A stretch of 64,000 nt of DNA from Bugula neritina (Eukaryota; Animalia; Bryozoa): the NCBI GenBank assembly GCA_964035545.1, contig OZ037771.1:13701133-13765132 (forward strand), given 5' to 3'. Below are positions 33,434-48,911 of the stretch, piece by piece. Under the pieces are notes generated by a model. The model was not told the DNA's origin, ran no database searches, and saw only the letters and a list, made by a program, of their open reading frames with translations. The translations under genes and the position numbers were made by a program. Numbering within the stretch: the first letter of the stretch is position 1; every line of letters begins with the position of its first letter.

Positions 33434-35577
33434 TGTAATATTATGGTTGCGGGTGAATTGGATTATAATTTGTTATTGAACACGAGCAAGTATTGTATTT
33501 AACATGGCGATAACTTTATTCGAACTAAAAGTAACCTTGACCTAATAAAAGCGTAACATTTTAGCGAGTACATTATAATACAACACCTCCCTTTCTCAAG
33601 ACAATAATTATTAAAGATGGGGAGACTACACAGAATTTTAATACAGCAGAAAAAAAACATTTGAAACATATTGATAGTACACAGACATTTTAGTACACTA
33701 GTGAAAACAAACACAATGGTAATGCAATACATAATAAAATAAAAACAAACACAGCACATAGTCTATTTACAAATCCAAAATCTGTCTAGGTTTAATAGTT
33801 CTACCAAAACTAGATTTTCTAGAGACATTTTTGTCGTCAGACAAATCAGTAGTTTGTAATGGCACTAGGTTGGTAACATTGCGTCTGAGTAGGACACCAT
33901 TAGTACTTTTACCAACAATCGATCGGGGCCTGGCAGGGGAAGTACTAACAACTTCAGCATCACGATTTAGATCACGCACATGAACTCCATCACTGGGACT
34001 TAACCATGGAGGGACCACAACTCGATGTCTCAAGTCAAATGTGTCTTTGCTCTGAATTCTAGCATGAGCTTCTTTTTGCTTAACCTGTTCTACATCGGCT
34101 GCTTTGGGGCCAACACTAATGGCAAAGAAGGCACCGTAGTGCGCAGTTTCCGACCCATCAACAACTCAGCTGGAGAGACACCGTTTTCCAACGGTGAAGA
34201 CCTATAAGCCATCAACCCTAAATACGGATCTTGTCCTTTCTTCAAAATGTTTTTAACAGTCTGAACGGCTCGTTCAGCTGCACCATTTCCCTGAGGGTGT
34301 TTAGGAGAACTGGTAACATGGGTAAAACCAAACTTTCGGGCAAAGGATTTAAATTCCTCTAAAACATATTGCACACCATTATCAGAAATCAAGACCTCTG
34401 GGACACCATGTCGAGCAAATATGCTCTTTAAATGGAGTATAACTTTGGAACTGGTGAGATCCTCCAACAACGCAACTTTGATAAAACGAGAATAGTACTC
34501 GACTACTAGGAAGAACCACTTACTGTCAAAATAAAACAATTCACTGCCTAGTTTTTCCCAAGGACGACTAGGAAACTCAGAACGAAAGAGTGGAGATTGC
34601 TGAAAGTTTGACTCCTTCTTGCAGGACTCATTTTTCTGAACATTAGAAACAGAGTCTACATCACATTTACATGAAATTACCTCTAGCTTCACACAAGCAT
34701 TTCGACTTAGCAAGGCTTTTGTTTTGTTTACAACATAAATAGTTTCAGTGTGAGTAACATTGTCCACAGAAAGCTTAGCATTGAAACAGCCTACAACTGG
34801 TATCTTAGTGTTACCTGGGCCTAAAAAATGTTTGTTAGTCTTTACTAATGGCACATTGGAACATAGCCTTTGAGGAAGTATGGAGACATCTGCACCAGTA
34901 TCGAGTTTGAACTGAACTGGAAAGTCAAGCTTGTCCACAACAATAGTCTTGGTCCACATTCCTACATTACTCTCAGCTATCTCACCCAGAAATATTATGC
35001 TCTCCACTTCTTCTTCCACTTGCTGAACTTGACTGGCAGGCTTAGATTTACACATTTTTGCGTAATGTCCGAGTTTACCACAGCGCTTACACTTACAATC
35101 TTTAGCAGGGCATGTACCTCTTGTGTAGTTTACATAACCGCATGGGCCACAGGGAGTAGAGCCATTAGTTTGCCTAGTACTGTTACTCCTAGAACTGTGC
35201 TTCTGAGACTTGTTTGTGTGACTACTACTACTACTACTGAATTTGGAGACAGCGTCTACCGAAGTACTACTAGTACCACCCTGAGTATGACTTTCTGTCA
35301 AGTCTTTAATTTTCTTGTCTACTTGCTCAAATTGTCTAGCCATATTTATAGCAACCTCTTCAGTTAGGTCTTCAACATTCATTTTCTGCATTTCACGACT
35401 GCAGTTAGTGTCTGTGATTCCTACTACAATTCTGTCTCGCATTTGCTCTGATCTATTGGAAAGATCGCACCTACCTGCTATGTCATTTAGAGACCTAACA
35501 TACTGTTCAACAGTCTCTCCTTGTTGCTGGCAGCACCTGAAGAAACGAGCTCGTTCATAAATCACGTACTTACGTGG
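33434..35577 (-). mobile_element. Ty3/Gypsy LTR retrotransposon remnant (gag-protease-integrase, RT/RNase H deleted, 3' LTR retained)
   Basis: ORF 34090..35565 has a CCHC knuckle CKRCGKLGHYAKMC, protease FKLDTGADVS and integrase ISDNG / HPQGNGAAERAV. Polypurine tract GAGAAAGGGAGG (33597-33586) precedes a 152-bp TG...CA LTR (33585-33434) with AATAAA. Confidence 0.9.
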
Positions 35578-37809
35578 AGAAATTTGTATTCAGTAATTTA
35601 GTGTAAGTGTAAAATATATTTTATTTATATATTTTGGCAAATCATAGGTTAAAGAATTTAATTGAACTTTTAAATATGTTACTCATTGCATTACTTTAAG
35701 CATCACCTTACAAAAACTTGTTCTTGTTTTTTAATATCGCAACTATGTTTTCTCCTTTTGTTCAAATAAAGTGAAATAAGTAAAAGTAAGGAATAAAAGT
35801 ACAAACCTTGATTTCTGGTTCTCAATTGTTTCCACCCATGCTGTGAGTTGCAGGGAAACCAAATAGCCAAAAGCCAAATATTTAATTTGATTTACAAATT
35901 GAAATCTTGGTAATAGTACATAGCTTATATATACTCACTTTATAATATGAGTTATTTTAATTAAGAAAACATACCATAAAGATAAACTATAGAAATCCCA
36001 CTCTACTGATTTTTGACAAGTTAACTTCTTTGCACTGTATGTAGTGATGTTATACTACCCTTAGCTGTGCACAATATTTTAAAGGTTTGCACTCTGTAAT
36101 TTAATTTATGAAAGCCTCCAGCAGCTTAGCTATTGGTGTGAATTACATAAAAACTAAATTGTCCAATAACTATATTTATCTCAGCATGGGTATATGTGAC
36201 TTTACTCTTTAGTGGTTATGAGTGTTAACTTTCTGCTTTTCACAATAACATAATTGTCGGGAAATTTGCTGTAACTTTTTGTTTGGCAATAAATAAAACT
36301 AAAGCTTTACTGGACAACTATATTATAATTATACCTAAATGGCTTAATTGTACTTCTTGCACCTAAAAATATCCACAGGGAGACATTGGCTATTTGTGCC
36401 TTTATTTCAGAATTGCATGTTTCATGGTGAGAAAAGCATGGGTATACCCGTAAGAGAACTATAATTAGTAGCTGTAACAATAGCTTCAGACGTTTAGTAC
36501 ACATTCCTTGAGGTTATAGAGTGACGCTATGAGGCCCAAACTCAAAATGAGGTGGTTATTTAAATAATATTGAAACATAAGCTTATATATATAGCAGTTA
36601 GAATTTTGATATAATTGTATTTCTATGAGTCAATGTCAGCCAGTTCAATTTACATGGAAAGACGTCAAACATTAATCTGAGAAGTGAAAAATGCTGCTTG
36701 CTGATAAACCTTTTTTGTTTGCTAGTAAAAATTATACAAAATTGTTTTCATGCAACAAATGTTACCAAAGGAACAGCTGAGGTGGGGGAGTTAAATTGTT
36801 GAGTTAGTAAACCTGAGGCTATGTGTTTGAATGCTGCAGTAAAAGCCATTATGGTGATGTTAGGAAGCCCATCCAGTCATGATTACTTTTATGCTACATA
36901 TGAATAATTGTAATAATTTTAATGTAAATCGTTAGCCCAATATAATAAAAGCCCTTTGACCTGCCAGAGATATATAAGTGAGTATATAATGAACTTTTGT
37001 AAAGTTTTATATAGGCCCCCTATTCAGATGCTAATTTTTAAGTTAATCATTGCAAACACAAACTCAAATTGATTTTATAAATGACTGTAGGAAAATTTGC
37101 TGTCATTGATTATTTGCTGTGTAATCTAAAGCCTAACAACTCTGTAAGTTTACTAATAATCTGCTTATACTGCTTAAATAAGCTGTTACGCTAAAACATG
37201 AAAAGCAATTGTCCCAAGTTGGCAAATTTGTTATAGAATGATTTACACTACAAGCTTTGCTGTGTACAACTGTTAAACAAATGTAGTTAATTATAGTCAT
37301 TTGGCAGCAACCTTGTTTCTACTCAACTTGTACTTTTACTCACAGCTGGGACATGGTAATGAATATTCTGTCTAAATTTATTGAAGTGCCGTTCATACAA
37401 GAGAAGGCAACTGGTGCAGAAATTAAACTAAGATCAATTCATGGAAAGACAATAATTGAAAGTCTCATTTTCTATAGTAAGAAATGTAAGACTTTACGAG
37501 TCCCTTTCTGGTAGCATTACACTAGTAATTACTCACATGCATATTATTGTTGGGGGGGATTTCAATTCAAAACTTCAAAAATATTAGTATACAGAAGAGA
37601 AAATACAGTCATTAACACATGTTTTCGTTTTTCAGTAGTAGAAATAGAGAAGGTAACTCTAAAGTAGAAAGATACCAATTGCCCATTTTGTCTATACTGT
37701 CTAGCTGTCTATAATATAATAAATAAAGTGGAAGTTTAAACGTAGGAGTTGTGCTATCTAATGAGCTAAGTAACAGAAAACTTATTTTTAGGGAACAATA
37801 AATCAATAA

Positions 37810-39313
<1,504 letters not shown>

Positions 39314-39969
39314 GTAATGTAAAATAATTTTCACAATAACCTATCCTTTTCCATTTGTGCTATTAAATTACTGGTGCCATTATTATCTGCGCCACTTTTG
39401 TTTTGCTATTTTTACCTGCGCTAACTTGCGCCTGTGCCATTCTTACCCGAGACCATTTATTCAGGTTTTTAAACTTTGACCCCATTCTCTACTTCACATA
39501 TACCCTGATTGCAAAGATATTACAATACTATGTGATTATACAACCCATGTTGCAACTCAATATGGCATGAGTTATTGAATATTATCTTCAGTGTTCAGTA
39601 ATATATACAACATTATAGTTTCAGTATCAAGTGTGTTTATAAACTCAATATGATGCATGCAAGTATATCTGCTGAAAACAAATGTGTCAATACTTAGTCT
39701 CTTACTATAATGGATTTACTATCACATCTTAGATGAAAGTAAACAAATACAAAATATAACAACGAGTTTTAACTGCAAAATCAAATTTTTAATCAGAAAA
39801 TTTCAACACACAAAAATAATGAATCACATATAAAATTAGACATATTCATGATTATAGACGGTTTGGATGTATGCTATTAAGGCTTAGCAATCTAGTTCCA
39901 TGTAGCTTGTGGTAGCTGTTAGTTAAACAAACAATGTGAATGTGTCCTTGCTGCTGATTGGTCAACAAT

Positions 39970-42900
39970 CTAGGTACACGTGTCTTTGACAGCATCATAA
40001 GTTTGAGTCTCATCAACACAAGTTGAATAAAGAATCACTTCCACAACTTCTCCTTTTGAGTTCTTATTAGCGTTAACTATCCTGTTAATAACATAATGAG
40101 CATCAAACTCACATTAATCTTTTAAGTCGAAGCAAACAATAAAATAAAACAAAACCAACAGTAATCATGCAATATTATCAAAAACTGCCCAAGTTCTATG
40201 GTTGACCATCTGCACATCAATTAGGATATCAAGTTTAATATCTTTTTCCAAGTCTCGCCGCAGTTAATAATAAAATTTCAGCAATACTAGTTTTAAAATT
40301 TAAACCACATTATGTCTTAAAATGCAGAAATTTGCAGCAATGTTGCTAAAATATCAGACTCACGATGGCTGGTGGCAAGAAATAAAAATCTCCGGAGTTC
40401 TCAGCACCTCTGATTGATTCAGCCTCTTTTTCAGTTCATCATTCAACACTGCAGGAGGTTCCAAGATGGTGGCAGGATACAGCTCATCAGTTGGCCAGTA
40501 GACAGTTAAGAGATCATTGGTACAGTCATAAAATGGTTCAATAGTAGCAGACATCTTGCAATCTAAACAATGCAAGCAGACAGGTCACTATAATAATATA
40601 GCACAAGCTTTTTTTATATTGTATTAGATTAAAAATTGCTGGCATTATACTAATATTTGTATCATGCACCAAAGTAATTAGAAAATCCTAGACAAGCACT
40701 AAAATTAAACAACACATCTTCTATTGGATAATATATTTTCATTGAAGTATCAACATGCTCCTTTTTTTCCAAATTTACACATTGTATAGTAGCTATAAAA
40801 TGTATATAGCTAAATGTGGATAAAGACTCTATTAGTAGAGAGTTCATGCAATAACAGAAAGTATAACAATACTTCAGACAGAGAACAACGATATACAAGA
40901 TACTCACTATTAGCACAGATCCTTTGAATTTGGGTTTTCCTGTCAGTCAATGTACATCTCAGTGCAGCTCTGCTAACATTACTATTGAGTAAGTCACATG
41001 TCACGTCATACTCTGCTTTGAATGTCAATCTTCTCATTATCTCAGACTCTAAAACTAAAGTATCATTTTAACAGTTAATTGTGTAAAATAAATTTGCCTA
41101 TCTAGTTTTAACATGAAACAAAAGTGTTTTTTTTTATCATATAGTATAGTATAGTATTATAGTATTGATATTGATATTTGATATACATAGACACTATACA
41201 TGCACTATAATAATTCTATCTATAAAATAGTCAGAATATATGGACTGCAGTATATGTATATTCTACAGGATTATTGCATACATTATAGGGGCCTGTATAC
41301 TATACATGCATATACTACAACAGATGTAACACATTTTCACTATATATAGTATATATGTATTATATTATATGCATTCATATAAATAGCTTGATATATTATA
41401 CTAAACTATATAGTATACACCTGCATACATTTATTGCATATAATATACATGTATATATAGATTTCACTCACCACTCAACTTATAGATATTCTTCTTTGTT
41501 GCAACATAGATTGCTCCACCCTCATTCAACAAAGAATATGGTCCACCAGGAAAGAGGCTACTCTCTGTACACGGATCTTCTCCTTTAAAGCAGACTGGAC
41601 CAACTATCCTCTTCTTCATATCCATTAGCTTGAGTTTTTTATTACCATAGTCAGCAACCAGGTACAGATTGTCTGACAGTTTTTCAATATCCATAGGATG
41701 GTAAAATGTAGCATTGTCAAACGAGCCAATCACATCACCCTTACTTGTTGAACCAGCCAATAGAGTGTTACTAACTGTTCCATTGCTAGACCAGCTCACT
41801 TGCGATATGTAATGGTACCAATTAGCTACTAGCAACTGTCTGCCAGCCCACAGAAGTCCTCTAGGAGTAATGAAACCAGTATTTATTACTGTACTCAGTT
41901 CTCCTGTCTTTAGATCAACAGACCTTATAGCCTTATTACTCTGATCAGTTACTAATACTTTTCCTGGGTTCCTAACATCTATCTGTACTTCGAAAGGTTG
42001 AGAAAACTGTCCCACCCCTACTCTTCCATCTTTGTAGCCACTGGTACCACATGATCCTGCCATAACTTTGATAATATTATCTTCTCTGGTCAGTACTTTA
42101 ATGCAGTTACTGATGATGTCTACCAAAACAACATGAGTTGTATTGATTTGTAAGAAACCTGTTACAGGAGATGACACAAGAGTTGAAGTTGTCCGCCCAT
42201 CAGTAGTTAGTAGACATTTATTAGTACCGAGGAGGAGGCTTCCATCATTCTTATATTTATCAACTTCCATATGAAAGGTAACGTAAGAAGTTGTAAGGAA
42301 CAGCTCTGGTTTCTTGAAGGATATGCTGCAATAAATAAGATGATGAATACTTATGAATATTTCAATCTATTAACTAGTAGTTGTATTTGCTGCTGCTGAT
42401 CAAATTAAGAAACTATGGGCTGCAGCAGTTTTATAGTAATTACAGTCACACAGTGGTATATACGTAATATAGTTGTAACATATAGTAGTATTCAGCTGTA
42501 ACATAATATAGCACACAATTTGTAAAAGTATTATGAAACAGCTAGAGTATACAATTTTGTGTAAATCATCAATTTTACTGTTGATCCATAATACAACACT
42601 AGCTGGTGCATTGTAAACAAATTGCTGGAATACCTCAAATTCATGAGCAAAGTTCTATTTTAACAACATATATAGCAGCAACAAAGTGTTAAGTTAACCA
42701 AAACAGTGCGTACTCTTAATTTTGTACACTATACTTGACATGCATAAAACTGTTTTAGCTGTTTACTTTGTAGTATTTTAATTTCTAAAATATAGACAAG
42801 TGTTTCGTGCAGTATTTATCATGCTCAAGCAGTGATTTATTTTATTAGACAGGTAATTTCTGTTTTTAATACGTAAATAGCGCTAAATTATTAAACACAA

Positions 42901-43420
42901 AAAGCTTCAATGTATATATCATAACTATTTCACACTTATTATAGTGAATATTTTATAGAAAATCTAACTATATATGTCTTTATATTTGATCAATTCTAAA
43001 TTAATAGACACGGCTAGCGAGCTATAATGGATATAATGAAATAAATAATATTGGTATAATTATTATATAGCGGATAAATTGAAGCAAAACCACATGCAGC
43101 AACAGCAATATTAATGATTACATGTAACCATAGCAACATCAATGACTACCTACATGTCTTAAATTTACAACTTATATATATATATGTGTAAAGACAAGGC
43201 ATATGTATATATCAACATAGCCATGTGGTCAACACTTACCTTGTTTCATTATTCCTATCAGCTTCTGTCTGTCCACAGACTACCAGCAGAATCTAAAACA
43301 TATATTATTATTATGATATTTACAGTGTCCAATGCTTGAAATTTCAAAACATGAAAGAATTGTTACAAAAATTGAGTGTAAAAAAGTATAAATACTTACA
43401 GCTATATACCACCAGTACAT
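39970..43420 (-). CDS. Secreted NHL-repeat beta-propeller protein with C-terminal Cys-containing domain, copy 4 (6 exons, 459 aa)
   Basis: Exons 43420-43400, 43292-43240, 42325-41472, 41048-40908, 40562-40364, 40081-39970 (21+53+854+141+199+112=1380 nt). Canonical GT-AG, consistent phases, no internal stops. Confidence 0.9.
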
Positions 43421-46103
43421 CTTTTCTGTGTAACTCCACCTGAAGTGAATGTTTTCCACAAATGAAGTCTATCTAGCAAAAGTTGCAAACTTTATATCAG
43501 CTTACTATAACCAGCATATGTTGTTAGTTACCATATCAGAAAGATCTGATGGTATAAGTGATGACTCTAATTCGATTGATCAACCAAGTAAATTTCTGGT
43601 TGACGCGCAGCTTTCAGTTTTGAAGAGAGTGAAGAAGTTGTTGACGTGAACTTGTTGGCTTTGATTGTATAAGGATTTTTAAGGTTCATAAGCTATACCA
43701 GCATTAATTGCACCATAGCTCATGGTTTAGAACATATTAAATAACGTTTTATAACAACGATTATATATAATGTGTAATAATATGTACTCGTTGTTGTTCA
43801 CTTGTCCACCTTGTAGATATTATACTTTATACTTGGAGTAAGCACCAGCTAGTTGTTTCAAATCTGTATAATTCATCAAGCATATTATTATAATAATAAA
43901 TATATATATGTTAGTATGACTAAATGGGCATATACTCTCATTTTTATTCATGTTTGTTGACTAAATAATTTTCATGCATATAGAGGTAAAAATTACAAAT
44001 CCCAATACGTGAACAAAAAACATTTACGTAGAATTGTCCCTATACCACAATTACTTGTATAATACCATATTAATAAGCATGCATATTATATTTGCCTGAT
44101 TTAAAGATCTAGAAATCATATGTTTAGTGTATTAATACATTTCTTGTTTAAAGCTATTTCTATGTAGCATCATGACACCTAGCTCATTTAGATTTTCATA
44201 TTTCTATTTCAACTGCACTCAAGTAACAATTCCATTCCTTTCAAAATGTGTATTTGTAAATGTGAATTTTGTATAAGATACAGTGCAGTCTACATACCGT
44301 GACAGAGCAGATATAATAATTTATAGTTACGTCAACCTGTCACAGCAGTCATCTTACTGAAAGTTTCAAGGAGGCAGGCAAATCTCAGCAACAACGGAGC
44401 CATATTTAAGTGGGTTGGTGAAATATTTTGAAGGTATAACTTGTGAAATACAGAAGTAAGAGTTAAAAATAAAAAGGAAAGAAGACCTCATGGTCTCATA
44501 CATCTATAATTATTTGCTGCTCCAATGATAGCACATTTTCTAAGAACTTGACTTTCTGGGAATTAAATTATAATTTATCACCACTATATCAGATTACATC
44601 TAGTTGGTAAGTTATTTACCACACATAGCCTACTCAAATTGTTAACTCTACTATAGTCTTTACCAGCATATTGTTCTCTGTAAATGTATTACATCATTGT
44701 ACAGTATAATCTACCTAGCAAAAACACAAAACACTATAGGTACAGGTATTCTTTGATCTGACAATATTAATAAAGTTATTCTCATTCTAGCTGTTCTACT
44801 GTTATTATAGTTACTGTTAGACGATATAGCGATTACTTATAAGTTAGTCTTATAATAATAATAGTATGAATATAAGATTATAGGTATTACCATTACTGAT
44901 TAGTAATTAGCAACAGCTAATGACTATAAGACATATGTAGAGAACTGATTAACTCAATAATATTAACAGCTTAAAGTAGAAGACTATAAATATTAAAATA
45001 AGGCAATAACAGATGGAGAAACTTAGGGTGTGTTAGTAAGTGTATTAGAGTAGAATTCTAAGTGTGTTGACACATTTTTTACACATATTGTAGACTATAA
45101 TACGTTTCATCATGACTAAACACTCAAAAAATCATGCTTTATGGGGTGATGAGTTATAACATGTGGTGTATCAGATAGTGTTCTAATATCTTTGCATTTA
45201 GATAAATCTTCAAAGTATATATACATTTCATTGGGTTAAGGCTAAAGAAACCTAAATAAAAGGTGTTTGGTAAAACTAATGACTGTAAAATTGGCGCATG
45301 CATATAATATAAATGGAGACATTGGAAAATTAGGTAGAATGATACGTTTTGAATATTAAGAGGTTTGGGGTGGGGGTTGGGGTTTGGGGTCCGGTTTTGT
45401 GTTTCAGAATTTGGCTTCAAGGTGTAGGAGAGGAAAAGGCATGAGGGTTTTGGCTTGAGGTTTAGGGGATTGAGGTTTGAGTTTGAAAATTTGAGGTATG
45501 GGCAAACTTAACGCTATTGTGTCATTTTACCTACAATTCTATTTGTGTATTTGTTATTCTACCTGAACCATTTTTACATAAAACTGAATAAATATATTAG
45601 GCATTGAGCAGTTTTTAAATGCTGAATAATAAATATTGCATAGACAGCCTTCAACTCCAATTCTCTTCACATGTTGAGAGAATAAGCAGATATGTATCAG
45701 AGACTACGTCAGTCAGTTATATCTAAGCTAATAGTATAACTATATATATTATAGTAATTTTCCAGAGGGTATAATAGATGTCATAATATACTGCTGTCGT
45801 ACAATATAGACACCTGGACTTTCAAAGCTGGTTGTTGGAAATATTATCTTCTTTACCTCCAGCTGTCCGTTATTGTCAACTACACCATCTAACTAATAGA
45901 ACAATAAACAATATTAATAGATGATGTTAGCTATAATACATTATAGTTTGCACCGGTACAAATATAGCACAGGTTATAATGAAACAAATGAAAAAAGCAA
46001 ATCAAATGGGAAACTGATGTTATATTTTCTCAAACTTAAACCTTAAATAAAAAACCCCACTCCATATGACTCTGAACTAGGCCTAACTCATTTTAGTCTT
46101 ATA

Positions 46104-46545
46104 CCCCCACCCAAACCCCCACCCAAACCACCACCCAAACCTCCACTCAAACCTCCACCCAAACCCCCACCCAAACCTCCACCCAAACCTCCACCCAAAC
46201 CTCCACCCAAACCTCCACCCAAACCTCCACCCAAACCTCCACCCAAACCTCCACCCAAACCTCCACCCAAGCCTCCACCTAAACCCCCACCCACTCCTCC
46301 ACCCAAACCTCCACCCAAACCTCCACCCAAACCTCCACTCAAACCTCCACCCAAACCTCCACCCAAACCTCCACCCAAACTCCCACCCAAACCCCCACCC
46401 AAACCTCCACCCAAACCTCCACCCAAACCTCCACCCAAACCTCCACTCAAACCTCCACCCAAACCTCCACCCAAACCTCCACCCAAACTCCCACCCAAAC
46501 CCCTACCTAAACCCCCACCCAAACCTCCACCCAAACCCCCACCCA
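46104..46545. repeat. 12-bp minisatellite (CCACCCAAACCY)n, ~37 units
   Basis: Same flanks as 30824-31050 but about twice the length. Confidence 0.95.
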
Positions 46546-48911
46546 CTCTTAGTGTCCATCCACGCAACCTAACCCCCCTCTCACTCCACTCCTATATATT
46601 GCCCACAAACCCCCCAATCCCTCAGCTCAAACCAAGCACTACTTCTAACCCCAAACCCCAAACCCTCAAACCTCTCCCTATACTCCATATATGTTATTAT
46701 AGTTGTAACATAGCATACTTATATTATCTTTGCAATTGGTACACATTTGGAGTATACAATAAAATTAAGGTTAGCACAGGTAAAACTGGCAAAGGGAATT
46801 TTGTGCAGGGATTAGTAACACAAATGATAAATAAGGTAAATGTGACACAGTTGAGAGTTTAGAGTTTGAAATTTGAAGGGTTGGTGTGGGATTTTGAAAA
46901 TTGAGATCTGGAGTTTGGGGCTGGAAGCCTAGGGTTTGCAATTTGGTGTTTGTTAGTTGGGTGTAGGTTTGGGTAGAGGGTTTAAGACTATAAGGTAGAA
47001 GTAGGCCTTTTGAGTCATAGAGTGGAGTTTTCGGTTTGGGGTTTGGGGTTTAGGTTTGGACAAATATAATATCAGCTATTGTGCCCTATAGTTACCATCA
47101 GAAAGATGTGCTGGTATTAGCGATGACTGTAATTCAATTTATCAACCCAGTAAGTTGCTGGTTGACCCACAGCTTTCAGTTTTGAAGAGAGTGAAGAAGT
47201 TGTTTATGTGAACTTGTTGGCCTCGATCAACTAAGCAAGTTGCTGGTTGGCCGAAGCTTCAGATTAAATAATGTACTAAGAAAGGCGTTGTTAATGTAAA
47301 CTTGTTGGCTTTGATTGTATAAGGATCTTTAAGGTTCATAAGCTATACCAGCATTTTTCTTCTACTATAACCCTACGTTTTATAACAACACATATTATGT
47401 TATATATTATATAACATTTATTAGTTGTTGTTCACGTGTTGACCTTGTAGATATTAGATTTTATAAAAAAATTAAGCACTAGGTTATATCAGATCTATAT
47501 AATTCATCAAGCATATTATAATTTATATTAAATATTGTTCATATATGTTAGTATATATGACTAAATGGACATATATAGCTCCTAGTTTTATTTAGGCTAT
47601 GTTTGTTTACTCAATAATTTTCATGCAAGTATATAGAGGTAAAAATTACAAATCCCCAACACATGGAAAAAAACATTTACATAGAATTGTCTCTATATAC
47701 CACAATTACTTGTGCAATATACCATATCATTACTCAGCATATTATAACATTTGCCTTATTCAAAGAGCTAGATATTATATGTTTAGTATATTATTGCATT
47801 TCTTGTTTAAAGCAATTTCCATGTATAGCATCATGACGCCTAGCTCATTTAGATTTTCATATTTCTATTTCAACTGCACTCAAGTAACAATTCCATTCCT
47901 TTCAAAATGTGTATTCCATAACCTTGAATTTTGTATAAGATACAGTGTAGTCTACATACTATGACAGAGCAGATATAATAATTTATAGTTACGTCAACCT
48001 GTCACAGCAGTCATCTTACTGAAAGTTTCAAGCAGGCAGGCAAATCTCAGCAACAATGGAGCCATATTTTAGTGGGTTGATGGAATATCTTAAAGGTATA
48101 ACTTGTGAAATATAAAAGTGAGAGTTAAAAATAAAAAAAGAAAGAATATGACCTCATGGTCTCATACATCTATAATTACTTGCTGGTCTAAGAACAGCAC
48201 ATTTTCTAAGTACCTGATTTTCTGGGAATTAAATTATAATTTATCACCACTATATATCAGATTACATTTACTTGGGTAAATATTTACCACACACAGCCTA
48301 CTCAGATCTTGTTAACTCTACTATAGTCAGTACCAGCATATTGTGCTCTGTAAATGTATTAGATTATTGTACAGTGTCTTTGCAAAAACACAAAACACTA
48401 TATAGGTATTCTCTGATCTGGCAATATTATTAATGGTTATTCTCTTTCTGTTTTACAGTTATACTTACTGTTAGACCATATAGCTATTACTTTACAGTTA
48501 GTCTTATAATAATTAATATAGTATGAATATAAGATTATAGGTATTAACATTATTGATTAGTAATTAGCAATAGCTAATGACAATAAGACATATGTAAAAG
48601 ACTGATAAACTAAATAATGTTGACAGTTTAGTATATAGAAGACTATAATATAAACAATAAAATAAGTCAATAACAGGTGGAGATCATATTTATACTGATA
48701 GTTTTGATCATATTGATAGTAATAGTTATACTTATAGTTCTGGAATATCAATATCACTATCATGCATTATCACTATCAGTTTGAGTAGGCCTATGGGAAA
48801 TTTACGTTTGAATTGAGATCAATTAGTATTGCAACTGATGAGTGATAACATTATTCGTGATCTGCAGTAGTAGTATTATAGTGGTTAGGGTTTGGGTTGG
48901 ACTGAGCTTGG

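Larger units (their letters stand above)
28030..37800 (+). repeat. Segmental duplication unit A (paralogous to ~43400-54070)
   Basis: Colinear, near-identical blocks (upstream module, VNTR, Gypsy remnant, downstream spacer) recur at a ~15.3-16.3 kb offset. Confidence 0.9.

Noticed and set aside
34870-35367. Plus-strand ORFs over the Gypsy remnants (also 50337..50828) and antisense ORFs over Penelope
   Set aside because: Shadow frames of transposon coding sequence.
46088-46567. (GGGL)n glycine-rich ORF, and 30809..31072
   Set aside because: Translation of the 12-bp VNTR. Non-ATG start and no signal peptide or splice context.
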